From the NCBI RefSeq assembly GCF_003018255.1, contig NZ_CP027440.1: 64,000 nt of DNA. The stretch is one strand, 5' to 3'. A model generated the notes under the pieces. The model had not been told where the DNA came from and did not search any database. It saw only the letters and a list, made by a program, of their open reading frames with translations. Positions 34,156-46,802 of the stretch are shown here, in pieces. The stretch is from Escherichia coli (GTDB lineage: Bacteria > Pseudomonadota > Gammaproteobacteria > Enterobacterales > Enterobacteriaceae). Made by a program: the position numbers and the translations under genes. Each line of letters begins with the position of its first letter. Position 1 is the first letter of the stretch.

Positions 34156-34255
34156 TTTCGATAGGTTCTCAGATGAGAATGATGACGGTGATACACAGAT
34201 AAGAATCAATGAGCAATGAGGGTTGCCGGGCAACCCTCATTGAATAAAACAGGAA

Positions 34256-34585
34256 TTACTTCGCTTCGCCGTTTTTCATTTCGCCCATAGCTTTCAGCTT
34301 TTTGGAGATATCGCGGCGTTCTTTGGAGAGCTCGGCATTTTTGATGATGTAATCGTCAACGCGATCTTCATAGTCACCTTTCATGCTGGCGATGATGCCC
34401 TGGATTGCTTCAACGCTCATCCCTGGCTTGATGTAATCGCTCAGGTTGTCCAGCAGCAGGACGCGCTTCTGGTTGTCACGGATCTTTTTCTCAACGTCCT
34501 GAATTTCACGTTGCAGTTTGTTCTTACGACGGAACAGACGAACAAATTCCAGTACGTCCTGGAATGAAGGCTTGGTAGTTTCCAT
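34256..34585 (-). CDS. yeeX: DUF496 family protein YeeX
   Basis: 109 aa from [30 protein letters not shown]; the listed ORF is extended upstream. Confidence 0.88.
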   Translation of the reverse strand: METTKPSFQDVLEFVRLFRRKNKLQREIQDVEKKIRDNQKRVLLLDNLSDYIKPGMSVEAIQGIIASMKGDYEDRVDDYIIKNAELSKERRDISKKLKAMGEMKNGEAK

Positions 34586-34756
34586 TTTTATACCCCTGAT
34601 AATGTGAGAGTCGGATTCGTTTAAGCAACCGCTATTCGTTAGGGCCAACATTACTCATAGCTGCCGCAGATGACAATGCTTTTATCCCTTTTCACTATCA
34701 TACCCTTTATCCTTGCTGAATCGAAGCAGCAGCAAGATGATTCTGAAGTTCAGGAA

Positions 34757-35815
34757 TTATTTGCGCAAGGCCCGGCAAATCAGATTCGATAGCAACTCAA
34801 GCTGATGTGCCGTTTCCATGTTCAGCCACACATAACCATAGATTGGTGTTTCCACAACCTTCAGGTCATGGTGGTTATCGAGCAACTGACGCAGCTCTTC
34901 CACAGCATCGTTCAATTTTTCCGTATTGGCAAAAACCGGCTGCGGATTACCTTCGTACAGCGCATGAACAAGGCTCAGCAGTATTTGCTGCATCATGTGC
35001 TGGGTATCACGAAGTTTTTGCGCGTTCAATAACACGAAATGGCTGGGGCGCGTGGCCCAGTATGCATTGATTTGCAACTCCAGCATACAAACCAGATTGC
35101 GATTAATGGTCTGGATACCTTCATATATCGATTTGGGAATACGGGTTTCTTTGCTGGCGGGCGCAATCAGCCCACGCATTTTCACGGCATCGGTCAGGAG
35201 TTTTTGTAGATGGCTTTCCAGACGTGGGCGTTCGAGTAAGTTCGGTGAGAATGCAGATTGATAGACCCGATTATACTCGGTCAGACTTTTCGCCAGTTGA
35301 ATGCGCCAGTGGATGAACGCCCGTTGTGGCCAGATACCGGTAAACAACATTGCCAGTAAAGAGCCGAGGATCACATCGCCGCTTCGCCATAACGCCGTAT
35401 CAATTTCACCTGTCGGGGAACCCACAACAATTGCCAGCGTCACCCCAATCAATAATCCTTGATACGGTTTCTTGCCCAGCGCCAGCCAACCGCAAAGAAA
35501 CATCGCCGCCGCGCACCAGACTAACATCAGCGGTAACGAAATTAACTCCAGTTGCAGAGCGATAAGACCTAAAATCGACCCCAACACCGTACCGCCAATA
35601 CGTTCGAAGGCACGAGGGACAACGTTCCCCCAGAACGAGATTGGCCCCATAATCACCACCATGGTGACCAGCGGCCAGGTGCTTTCCGGGATAGTAAACA
35701 GGCGGATAATGAGAAAAGTGAGCAGGAATGCCAGCGCGACCCGAGTACCATGCACAATGCGATAATGGCGGTATACCCGGATTTCAAACGGGCTTAATGA
35801 CTTATCGGCACGCAC
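34757..35815 (-). CDS. yeeA: Inner membrane protein YeeA (putative efflux/FUSC-like)
   Basis: 352-aa protein with a multi-TM N-terminal half. Confidence 0.85.
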   Translation of the reverse strand: MRADKSLSPFEIRVYRHYRIVHGTRVALAFLLTFLIIRLFTIPESTWPLVTMVVIMGPISFWGNVVPRAFERIGGTVLGSILGLIALQLELISLPLMLVWCAAAMFLCGWLALGKKPYQGLLIGVTLAIVVGSPTGEIDTALWRSGDVILGSLLAMLFTGIWPQRAFIHWRIQLAKSLTEYNRVYQSAFSPNLLERPRLESHLQKLLTDAVKMRGLIAPASKETRIPKSIYEGIQTINRNLVCMLELQINAYWATRPSHFVLLNAQKLRDTQHMMQQILLSLVHALYEGNPQPVFANTEKLNDAVEELRQLLDNHHDLKVVETPIYGYVWLNMETAHQLELLSNLICRALRK

Positions 35816-36012
35816 GCAGAAACTCCGTAATGAAGATTAAAAGCGCTCATAACTCATCTGTCGGCCAGAAGGCGCGCCTCTGAATTATCCGACGGACAAA
35901 CCGGGAACAGTGTAATTTCCCGGCAGGAGCGAAAAAATTGAAAGGCGCATCTTACTCTTTTCGCTTTCAAAAAAAGAGTGGTCTTCGCGTCAACACACCG
36001 CCCTGAGATGAA

Positions 36013-36486
36013 TTAGTGATGTTTTGGCTGCACCGCAACATACATTTCGATATCCCAGTACCCATCTTCCGCGCCATTGTTCAAGTAAACCTCGAAGCAG
36101 GGCTTTGGTAACATTTCATAAGCACTGTCCTGCAAGAGGCTATTAAAGAACTGATACCAGGGTTTAGCAAAATCATCACCGACTACACGAGCCACCGCCA
36201 CCGCATACTGACCACCTGAAATTTCTGTCAGAATGACGCCCTCACTGTTTTCGGGGAGCGTAAAGTTATTCGGTACCGTCACGACGGTGTCGCAGCGTAA
36301 TTTTTCGGCGGGTGTTTCATCTGGATTGTCGTAATAGACAGCAACCCACTCCTTCGGCACAATATTTTTGCTATCTATCCACATCATCAACTGCTCAAAA
36401 CCTTTCTTTACCGTCTGCTCCCACGGGCCAACAAGATGGAAACCTGCAACGGTACGTTTCTCTTCCTGCTTAATCTCGTAGTTCAT
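36013..36486 (-). CDS. sbmC: DNA gyrase inhibitor SbmC/GyrI
   Basis: 157 aa ([38 protein letters not shown]...). Confidence 0.9.
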   Translation of the reverse strand: MNYEIKQEEKRTVAGFHLVGPWEQTVKKGFEQLMMWIDSKNIVPKEWVAVYYDNPDETPAEKLRCDTVVTVPNNFTLPENSEGVILTEISGGQYAVAVARVVGDDFAKPWYQFFNSLLQDSAYEMLPKPCFEVYLNNGAEDGYWDIEMYVAVQPKHH

Positions 36487-36502
36487 GACGCCTCCATTAA
36501 CA

Positions 36503-36518
36503 CTGTTTTTATATACAG
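36503..36518. promoter_or_regulatory. LexA (SOS) box upstream of sbmC
   Basis: ctgtttttatatacag matches CTG-N10-CAG with an AT-rich core, 17 bp upstream of the sbmC start codon. Confidence 0.7.
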
Positions 36519-36604
36519 TATAGTTGCAATATTAAAACCACAAGGAATGAGTGTTGATTATGCGAGCAGACTCGCACTCCTGCCAGTCTGCTGCAAAAGA
36601 AAGG

Positions 36605-37777
36605 TCAGGCCTTATGGTGGAAATAATCACTCAGGCGGGAAAACATGCCGCCTTCCCCGACAGATTCCAGGGTAACCAGCGGCCAGTGCGCCACCTGTTT
36701 ATCACGGTCGTAAAGTTCAATTTCCCCTACCCGCTGATGGGCGCTAATTGGCGCGGTGAGCTCTTTACCATCAAGGGTATATTTGGCTTTGATATGTGGA
36801 ATTTCGGCTTTCGGTAGCACCATCCAGAACTCTTGTTCCGTTCCCAGGTCGATATTTTCTTTATCGCCATACCAGATGCGTTCCGTTCCGACCTTTTTCC
36901 CACGGTGCAAAATTTGCACCGTAGTAAAGTTTTGTTGCCCCCAACGCAGTAATTTTCTTGCCTCTTCCTCACGACCTTTTGCACTGTCAGCCCCCATTAC
37001 CACTGCAATGAGACGACGCTGCCCATCTACAGCCGAAGCAATGAGATTAAACCCGGCACCAGAAGTATGACCCGTTTTCAGGCCGTCAACATTCATGGTT
37101 TTATCCCACAACAACCCGTTACGGTTTTGCTGGGTGATACCGTTCCAGGTGAGGCTTTTCTCACTGTACATATGATAAAACTCGGGCTCGCCGTGGATGA
37201 TAGCGCGAGAAAGCACAGCTAAATCATAAGCCGAGCTATGCTGGCCAGGTGCATCCAGACCATGCACTGTTTCAAAATGCGTATCCTTGAGATGCAGCTT
37301 CTCGGCATAGTTGTTCATCATTGCAACAAACTGCCGTTGCCCACCGGCAATATAGTCAGCCAGTGCAACACAAGCATCATTTCCGGAATCCACAATTAAA
37401 CCACGGCTTAAATCACGTACCGATACGCGATCGCCCTCTTTCAAAAACATCAGTGAAGAACCGACAAACACTGGATTATCTTTCGCCCACGCATCGCGCC
37501 CTACGGTGACAATATCGTCTGGCGTAATTCGATGACTATCGATAGCGCGATCCACGACATAACCCGTCATCAGCTTTGTCAGGCTGGCGGGATTGCGCTG
37601 TTGATGCTCATTACCCGCGGTGAGGATCTGTCCGGTGGTGTAATCCATCAATACCCAGGACCCGGCATGAATCTCTGGAGGCTGAGGTGAAAAAGGAATG
37701 TTTTCCGCCGCAAAACCAGACGATAAGTTAAAAACGAACAAAGAAGCAGCAATAATAAGACGGCGTTTCAACAGCAA
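36605..37777 (-). CDS. dacD: D-alanyl-D-alanine carboxypeptidase (PBP6b)
   Basis: 390-aa class A low-molecular-weight PBP with signal peptide and a SxxK active-site motif. Confidence 0.9.
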   Translation of the reverse strand: MLLKRRLIIAASLFVFNLSSGFAAENIPFSPQPPEIHAGSWVLMDYTTGQILTAGNEHQQRNPASLTKLMTGYVVDRAIDSHRITPDDIVTVGRDAWAKDNPVFVGSSLMFLKEGDRVSVRDLSRGLIVDSGNDACVALADYIAGGQRQFVAMMNNYAEKLHLKDTHFETVHGLDAPGQHSSAYDLAVLSRAIIHGEPEFYHMYSEKSLTWNGITQQNRNGLLWDKTMNVDGLKTGHTSGAGFNLIASAVDGQRRLIAVVMGADSAKGREEEARKLLRWGQQNFTTVQILHRGKKVGTERIWYGDKENIDLGTEQEFWMVLPKAEIPHIKAKYTLDGKELTAPISAHQRVGEIELYDRDKQVAHWPLVTLESVGEGGMFSRLSDYFHHKA

Positions 37778-37979
37778 ACCCTCAGGAGTTTCAAATAGCT
37801 GTTCTTTTTACGGAAATACTTATGAACTGGCTGGAATAAAGTGCAAGAAAATGTGACTAACCTCTCATTTTTATCTGACATGATCTGTTGCCACTCGCTG
37901 CCAAATTGTGGCGCTAAAGCTGATTAGCACGGTGATATTTGATACTCTGGCAGACAGCAGAGATAACGGATTTAACCTA

Positions 37980-39407
37980 ATGATGAATGACGGTAAGCAA
38001 CAATCTACCTTTTTGTTTCACGATTACGAAACCTTTGGCACGCACCCCGCGTTAGATCGCCCTGCACAGTTCGCAGCCATTCGCACCGATAGCAAATTCA
38101 ATGTCATCGGCGAACCCGAAGTCTTTTACTGCAAGCCCGCGGATGACTATTTACCCCAGCCTGGAGCAGTATTAATTACCGGTATTACCCCGCAGGAGGC
38201 ACGGGCGAAAGGAGAAAACGAAGCCGCGTTTGCCGCCCGTATTCACTCGCTTTTTACCGTACCGAAGACCTGTATTCTGGGCTACAACAATGTGCGTTTC
38301 GACGACGAAGTCACACGCAACGTTTTTTATCGTAATTTCTACGATCCTTACGCCTGGAGCTGGCAGCATGATAACTCGCGCTGGGATTTACTGGATGTTA
38401 TGCGTGCCTGTTATGCCCTGCGCCCGGAAGGAATAAACTGGCCTGAAAATGATGACGGTCTACCGAGCTTTCGCCTTGAGCATTTAACCAAAGCGAATGG
38501 TATTGAACATAGCAACGCCCACGATGCGATGGCTGATGTGTACGCCACTATTGCGATGGCGAAACTGGTAAAAACGCGTCAGCCACGCCTGTTTGATTAT
38601 CTCTTTACCCATCGTAATAAACACAAACTGATGGCGTTGATTGATGTTCCGCAGATGAAACCCTTGGTTCACGTTTCCGGAATGTTTGGGGCATGGCGCG
38701 GCAATACCAGCTGGGTGGCACCGCTGGCGTGGCATCCTGAAAATCGCAATGCCGTAATTATGGTGGATTTGGCAGGAGACATTTCGCCATTACTGGAGCT
38801 GGATAGCGACACATTGCGCGAGCGTTTATATACCGCAAAAGCCGATCTTGGCGATAACGCCGCCGTTCCGGTTAAGCTGGTGCATATCAATAAATGTCCG
38901 GTACTGGCCCAGGCGAATACGCTACGCCCGGAAGATGCCGACCGACTGGGAATTAATCGTCAGCATTGCCTCGATAACCTAAAAATTCTGCGTGAAAATC
39001 CGCAAGTGCGTGAAAAAGTGGTGGCGATATTCGCGGAAGCCGAACCGTTTACGCCTTCAGATAACGTGGATGCACAGCTTTATAATGGCTTTTTCAGTGA
39101 CGCCGATCGTGCAGCAATGAAAATTGTGCTGGAAACCGAGCCGCGTAATTTACCGGCACTGGATATCACTTTTGTTGATAAACGAATTGAAAAACTGTTG
39201 TTCAATTATCGAGCGCGCAACTTCCCGGGGACGCTGGATTATGCCGAGCAGCAACGCTGGCTGGAGCACCGCCGCCAGGTCTTCACGCCAGAGTTTTTGC
39301 AGGGCTACGCTGATGAATTGCAGATGCTGGCACAACAGTATGCTGATGACAAAGAGAAAGTGGCGCTGTTAAAAGCGCTTTGGCAGTACGCGGAAGAGAT
39401 CGTCTGA
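37980..39407 (+). CDS. sbcB: Exodeoxyribonuclease I
   Basis: 475 aa from MMNDGKQQSTFLFHDYETFG (DEDDh exonuclease motif); the listed ORF has a 24-codon upstream extension. Confidence 0.9.
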   Translation: MMNDGKQQSTFLFHDYETFGTHPALDRPAQFAAIRTDSKFNVIGEPEVFYCKPADDYLPQPGAVLITGITPQEARAKGENEAAFAARIHSLFTVPKTCILGYNNVRFDDEVTRNVFYRNFYDPYAWSWQHDNSRWDLLDVMRACYALRPEGINWPENDDGLPSFRLEHLTKANGIEHSNAHDAMADVYATIAMAKLVKTRQPRLFDYLFTHRNKHKLMALIDVPQMKPLVHVSGMFGAWRGNTSWVAPLAWHPENRNAVIMVDLAGDISPLLELDSDTLRERLYTAKADLGDNAAVPVKLVHINKCPVLAQANTLRPEDADRLGINRQHCLDNLKILRENPQVREKVVAIFAEAEPFTPSDNVDAQLYNGFFSDADRAAMKIVLETEPRNLPALDITFVDKRIEKLLFNYRARNFPGTLDYAEQQRWLEHRRQVFTPEFLQGYADELQMLAQQYADDKEKVALLKALWQYAEEIV

Positions 39408-39415
39408 AACAAAAA

Positions 39416-39442
39416 AGCCGGAGCGACAAACTCCGGCTTTTT
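39416..39442. terminator. Bidirectional Rho-independent terminator (sbcB / plaP)
   Basis: Hairpin agccggag-cgacaaa-ctccggct flanked by A and T runs in the 73-bp gap between convergent genes. Confidence 0.7.
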
Positions 39443-39480
39443 GAGATTTACCGGATGATTATGTCATCCGGTTTGTAAGA

Positions 39481-40839
39481 TTACGCTACGTCTTCGTACT
39501 GCGGAACCGGGTTACGGAAACTCTTGGTTACGCAAGCCAGGTAAATCAGACCGATAGCAGCCCAGATCAGACCCAGAACCATTGAGCTTTCTTCCAGGTT
39601 AACCCACAGCGCACCAACGGTCAGCGCACCACACATCGGCAGGAACAGATACTGGAAGTGATCTTTCAGCGTCTTGTTACGCTTCTCACGGATCCAGAAC
39701 TGCGAGATGACCGACAGGTTAACGAAGGTGAACGCCACCAACGCACCAAAGTTAATCAGCGCCGTAGCCATTACCAGGTCGAAGTTGATTGCCAGCAGGG
39801 CAATCGCGCCAACCAGGATGATGTTCATCGCCGGAGTACGCCATTTCGGGTGTACATAACCGAAGAAGCTTTTCGGGAACACGCCGTCACGACCCATTAC
39901 GTACATCAGACGCGCTACGCCTGCGTGCGCCGCCATACCGGACGCCAGTACGGTAATGGTGGAGAAGATCAGCGCGCCAACCTGGAACGCTTTACCCGCA
40001 ACGTACAGCATGATTTCAGGCTGTGACGCATCCGGATCTTTAAAGCGAGAGATATCCGGGAAGTACAGCTGCAGGAAGTAAGTTGCAAAGATGAAGATCA
40101 TGCCGCCGATCAGCGCGGTCAGGAAAATCGCACGCGGGATCACGCGCTCTGCATCTTTGGTTTCTTCCGACAGGTTGCTGATGCCGTCAAAACCGGTAAA
40201 GGAGAAGCACAGGATTGTCGCCCCGGTAATCATCGGGATAACATGCGCATCGCCAGACCAGAACGGACGAGTGCTCGCCAGCGTACCAGCGCCTTCACCT
40301 TCAAATACGCCATAAACAACCATGCCCAGAATCACCGCGATCAGCACTACCTGCAACACGACGATTACAGTGTTGAAGTTCGCTACGGATTTCAGACTAC
40401 GCAGGTTAAAGGCGGTCATAAAGGCCACCAGCGCCACCACAAACATCCACGATGGAATGGAAGGCACCAGAGCTTCAAAATAGATTTTCGCCAGCAGAAT
40501 GTTGATCATCGGCGCGAACAGATAGTCGAGCAGAGAAGACCAACCCACCATAAAGCCGACAGTCGGGCTAATGGATTTCTGGGCGTAAGTGTATGCAGAG
40601 CCAGCAGAAGGATAGCGGCGAACCAGCTTCCCGTAGCTCAGAGCCGTAAACAGGATCGCAATCAATGCGAACGCATAGGCTGTCGGCACATGACCATCCG
40701 TGAGGCCTGAAACGATACCAAAAGTATCAAACAGCGTCATCGGCTGCATATAGGCTAGACCCATCATTACAACCGGAACTAACGTAAGCGTTTTACGCAA
40801 TTCCACGCGAGAGGTGTTTGGAGTAACGTTATGCGACAT
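39481..40839 (-). CDS. plaP: Putrescine importer (APC family amino-acid/polyamine transporter)
   Basis: 452 aa from [31 protein letters not shown], 12-TM APC-family layout. Confidence 0.9.
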   Translation of the reverse strand: MSHNVTPNTSRVELRKTLTLVPVVMMGLAYMQPMTLFDTFGIVSGLTDGHVPTAYAFALIAILFTALSYGKLVRRYPSAGSAYTYAQKSISPTVGFMVGWSSLLDYLFAPMINILLAKIYFEALVPSIPSWMFVVALVAFMTAFNLRSLKSVANFNTVIVVLQVVLIAVILGMVVYGVFEGEGAGTLASTRPFWSGDAHVIPMITGATILCFSFTGFDGISNLSEETKDAERVIPRAIFLTALIGGMIFIFATYFLQLYFPDISRFKDPDASQPEIMLYVAGKAFQVGALIFSTITVLASGMAAHAGVARLMYVMGRDGVFPKSFFGYVHPKWRTPAMNIILVGAIALLAINFDLVMATALINFGALVAFTFVNLSVISQFWIREKRNKTLKDHFQYLFLPMCGALTVGALWVNLEESSMVLGLIWAAIGLIYLACVTKSFRNPVPQYEDVA

Positions 40840-41105
40840 GGTCATTCTCCTTTACGGTGATAACCGTCGCGTAAGCAAAAAATTGCCCCATTTTTTTGGA
40901 TTCCTCAGCGACAACAACTGTCGATTTTTAGTAAATATCTATCCGGTACGAAGCCCGGCCTCTTGGTATGAATGATTGGTTTGAAGCAAAAAATAACCGA
41001 CGCTAATTAAACGTCGGTTTTTAGTCATTTTTTGACAGCGGCGCATTGTGCCTAAATGGGGGGGAAATGACAAGAGAATGAGAGGCTTGTCATAATAATT
41101 TTTCT

Positions 41106-42035
41106 TTAAATGGCTGATTTTCCGTCATCAGATTTTGCATAAACACCGGCGATCGCACTATTTGCTAAAATTTCATCTCGCCACCAGCCGCTGGCAAGCC
41201 CTGCGGTCTGTTCGTTCCAGCCAATCCAGACGGGTTCAAAGAGAGTTTGGGCGACTACTTTCTTCTCGATTAACGCGCCACTATCGAGAAAACGTTGCGC
41301 CAGATAACGGGGTAAATAGCCGCAGCCAAGGCCGCTAATTTGCAGCTCCAGTTTGGTTTTAAAATCGAAAACGGTAATGGCTTCTTGTTCGTCGAGAAGT
41401 TGTGAGGCCGTAGAAGCGCCTGCCTGCGCAGTGTCCCCCACCACAATCGCCCGATATCGTTTAATGATACGACGGTTTAACGGTTCTTCTTCCTGGGCTA
41501 ACGGATGATGAGGCGCGACCGCAAAGACTTGTTCAAGATCGCCCAACCGCGAGAAACCAAACTCACTGGAAGATGGTGGCTCATGCATCGCGCCAACAAT
41601 AATATCCGCTCGCCCCTGAGTCAGTGCATCCCAGGAACCACCGAGTACGCCATTGATAAACTTCAGGCGCGTCACGCTATGATGTTGATAAAAAGCCTCA
41701 ATGAGAGGCGCAAGCAGAGAAAAAGGAAACGTGTCGTCCACGCCAATCACCAGCTCATTTTCCCAGCCTTCATGCAGTTTGATAGCCTGCTTTTCCAGTT
41801 CTCGCACGGTATGCAGAACTTCCCGCCCTTTCTCTAATAACATTTTTCCGGTGCGGGTGAATTTAGCGCGGTGACCGCTACGATCAAGCAATTGAATATT
41901 AAGGTCGCTTTCCAGCTTGTGAACGGTATAACTCAGAGCGGACGGCGTCTTGTAGAGTTTAGCCGACGCCGCCGCAAAACTGCCTTCTTTTTCTAAGGCA
42001 TCGAGGATCATCAACACATCCAGCAGTGGTTTCAT
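41106..42035 (-). CDS. yeeY: LysR-family transcriptional regulator
   Basis: 309 aa with N-terminal HTH and LysR substrate-binding domain. Confidence 0.88.
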   Translation of the reverse strand: MKPLLDVLMILDALEKEGSFAAASAKLYKTPSALSYTVHKLESDLNIQLLDRSGHRAKFTRTGKMLLEKGREVLHTVRELEKQAIKLHEGWENELVIGVDDTFPFSLLAPLIEAFYQHHSVTRLKFINGVLGGSWDALTQGRADIIVGAMHEPPSSSEFGFSRLGDLEQVFAVAPHHPLAQEEEPLNRRIIKRYRAIVVGDTAQAGASTASQLLDEQEAITVFDFKTKLELQISGLGCGYLPRYLAQRFLDSGALIEKKVVAQTLFEPVWIGWNEQTAGLASGWWRDEILANSAIAGVYAKSDDGKSAI

Positions 42036-42080
42036 ACACGCCCCCTTGCAGTGTATGCGGCGTCCTGCTGGCGTGATCGT

Positions 42081-42905
42081 TTACTCCAGCGGCATTACCA
42101 GCGGATCGGGATACTGGTATTCAAATCCCAGTTCATTACAAATCCGACTGCCATCAATAATCTTACCTTTGCCGCTGTCCAGACTATTTCTGAACTGCGG
42201 AGGTTCCAGCCCCAGTAAACGGGCCATCTGCGGATAGAAAACATTACGCGCAGGGTGAGCTGGCGCACATATATTATAGATGTGTCCGCCTTTAGGTGCC
42301 TGTAACAACAGAGTGATAGCACCAATAACATCTTCTAAATGGACTAAATTAACACCATGTTCACCATCAGGGGCGGTTTTTCCGGCAAAGAAGCGTCCGG
42401 GATGACGTCCCGGTCCGACCAGCCCCGCAAGACGCAGAATATCGACCGAAGTACCGGGTAAATTGTGCAGCCAGTCTTCGAGTTCTTCTAATACTCGTCC
42501 ACTGTTGGTCACCGGATTACGCGGGGTGGTTTCTTTCACCGTGCCTTGCGCGTCGCCATAGACAGATGTTGAGCTGGTAAAAATAATTCGGGGAATACGA
42601 TGGGCCAGCGCGCTATCCACTAACTCTTGTACCGCTTGTAAATAGAACTCATCGCCGGGGCCGCTACGACGTGCCGGAAGCGTAATGACCAGCGCGTCGG
42701 CATCCATCAGGGCATCCAGATCGTCAGAATCGCAAACTAACTCAGGCTCCATGCGAAGCAGATAGCTATCAATGCCACTCATTCGGGCCGCTTCGACACC
42801 ATCTTGTGTGGTTTTACTCCCGGTGACTTGCCAGCCTCGCGCTGAAAGTGACATCGCCAGCGGCATGCCTAACCACCCTAACCCGACAATTGCGACCTTT
42901 TTCAT
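42081..42905 (-). CDS. yeeZ: NAD-dependent epimerase/dehydratase-family protein
   Basis: 274 aa with Rossmann motif VAIVGLGWLG. Confidence 0.88.
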   Translation of the reverse strand: MKKVAIVGLGWLGMPLAMSLSARGWQVTGSKTTQDGVEAARMSGIDSYLLRMEPELVCDSDDLDALMDADALVITLPARRSGPGDEFYLQAVQELVDSALAHRIPRIIFTSSTSVYGDAQGTVKETTPRNPVTNSGRVLEELEDWLHNLPGTSVDILRLAGLVGPGRHPGRFFAGKTAPDGEHGVNLVHLEDVIGAITLLLQAPKGGHIYNICAPAHPARNVFYPQMARLLGLEPPQFRNSLDSGKGKIIDGSRICNELGFEYQYPDPLVMPLE

Positions 42906-43009
42906 CCGTTATCTCCTGATACACCTTAGATCTATAAGGCTACGCTAGCGTATCAAAACTGACAATTCATTCTATGAATGAAATCGAAACGGTTAGCAAA
43001 TATACCATT

Positions 43010-43038
43010 GCCTGATGCGCTCCGCTTATCAGCCCTAC
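43010..43038. repeat. REP (repetitive extragenic palindromic) element
   Basis: gcctgatgcgctccgcttatcagccctac, typical REP consensus. Confidence 0.7.
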
Positions 43039-43072
43039 AAAAACATCAATATATTGAATTTAGGCAACATTT

Positions 43073-43109
43073 GTAGACCTGATAAGGCATTCACGCCGCA
43101 TCCGGCAGG
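43073..43109. repeat. REP element in inverted orientation (with the previous one forms a BIME-like pair)
   Basis: gtagacctgataaggcattcacgccgcatccggcagg. Confidence 0.7.
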
Positions 43110-43328
43110 AACAAAGCCCACTTTAGTTACAGAACACAATGTTCTTGAGGATTTAATGACATATTTTCACGATTACTTTTTTAACCTAGTCACTCTTAGC
43201 CCCTCCTTACCCCGCTCATTCATTAAACAAATCCATCGCCATAAAATATATAAAAAAGCCCTTGCTTTCTAACGTGAAAGTGGTTTAGGTTAAAAGACAT
43301 CAGTTGAATAAACATTCACAGAGACTTT

Positions 43329-43379
43329 TATGACACGCGTTCAATTTAAACACCACCATCATCACCATCATCCTGACTA
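43329..43379 (+). CDS. hisL: his operon leader peptide
   Basis: ATG ACA CGC GTT CAA TTT AAA followed by seven consecutive His codons, then CCT GAC TAG. Confidence 0.95.
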
Positions 43380-43443
43380 GTCTTTCAGGCGATGTGTGCT
43401 GGAAGACATTCAGATCTTCCAGTGGTGCATGAACGCATGAGAA

Positions 43444-43480
43444 AGCCCCCGGAAGATCACCTTCCGGGGGCTTTTTTATT
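43444..43480 (+). terminator. his attenuator terminator
   Basis: GC-rich hairpin agcccccggaag-atcac-cttccgggggct followed by a T-run, between hisL and hisG. Confidence 0.9.
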
Positions 43481-43525
43481 GCGCGATTGATAACGGTTCA
43501 GACAGGTTTAAAGAGGAATAAGAAA

Positions 43526-44425
43526 ATGACAGACAACACTCGTTTACGCATAGCTATGCAGAAATCCGGCCGTTTAAGTGATGACTCACGTGAATTGCTG
43601 GCGCGCTGTGGCATTAAAATCAATCTTCACACCCAGCGCCTGATCGCGATGGCAGAAAACATGCCGATTGATATTCTGCGCGTGCGTGACGACGACATTC
43701 CCGGTCTGGTAATGGATGGCGTGGTAGACCTTGGGATTATCGGCGAAAACGTGCTGGAAGAAGAGCTGCTTAACCGCCGCGCCCAGGGTGAAGATCCGCG
43801 CTACTTTACCTTGCGTCGTCTGGATTTCGGCGGCTGCCGCCTTTCGCTGGCAACGCCGGTTGATGAAGCCTGGGACGGCCCGCTCTCCTTAAACGGTAAA
43901 CGTATCGCCACCTCTTATCCTCACCTGCTCAAGCGTTATCTCGACCAGAAAGGCATCTCTTTTAAATCCTGCTTACTGAACGGTTCTGTTGAAGTCGCCC
44001 CGCGTGCCGGACTGGCGGATGCGATTTGCGATCTGGTTTCCACCGGTGCCACGCTGGAAGCAAACGGCCTGCGCGAAGTCGAAGTTATCTACCGCTCGAA
44101 AGCTTGCCTGATCCAACGCGATGGCGAAATGGAAGAATCCAAACAGCAGCTGATCGACAAACTGCTGACCCGTATTCAGGGCGTGATCCAGGCGCGCGAA
44201 TCAAAATACATCATGATGCACGCACCGACCCAACGTCTGGATGAAGTCATCGCCCTGCTGCCAGGTGCCGAACGCCCAACCATTCTGCCGCTGGCGGGTG
44301 ACCAACAACGCGTAGCGATGCACATGGTCAGTAGCGAAACCCTGTTCTGGGAAACGATGGAAAAACTGAAAGCGCTGGGTGCCAGTTCAATCCTGGTCCT
44401 GCCGATTGAGAAGATGATGGAGTGA
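43526..44425 (+). CDS. hisG: ATP phosphoribosyltransferase
   Basis: 299 aa from [17 protein letters not shown]. Confidence 0.92.
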   Translation: MTDNTRLRIAMQKSGRLSDDSRELLARCGIKINLHTQRLIAMAENMPIDILRVRDDDIPGLVMDGVVDLGIIGENVLEEELLNRRAQGEDPRYFTLRRLDFGGCRLSLATPVDEAWDGPLSLNGKRIATSYPHLLKRYLDQKGISFKSCLLNGSVEVAPRAGLADAICDLVSTGATLEANGLREVEVIYRSKACLIQRDGEMEESKQQLIDKLLTRIQGVIQARESKYIMMHAPTQRLDEVIALLPGAERPTILPLAGDQQRVAMHMVSSETLFWETMEKLKALGASSILVLPIEKMME

Positions 44426-44430
44426 TCGCC

Positions 44431-46801
<2,371 letters not shown>

Positions 46802-46802
<1 letters not shown>

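Noticed and set aside
41058-41064. G7 homopolymer tract upstream of plaP
   Set aside because: Too short and isolated to call a phase-variation switch without population data.
43015-43272. 85-aa ORF between yeeZ and hisL
   Set aside because: Spans two REP elements and the his promoter region; no similarity to YefM/YoeB or any family I recognise.
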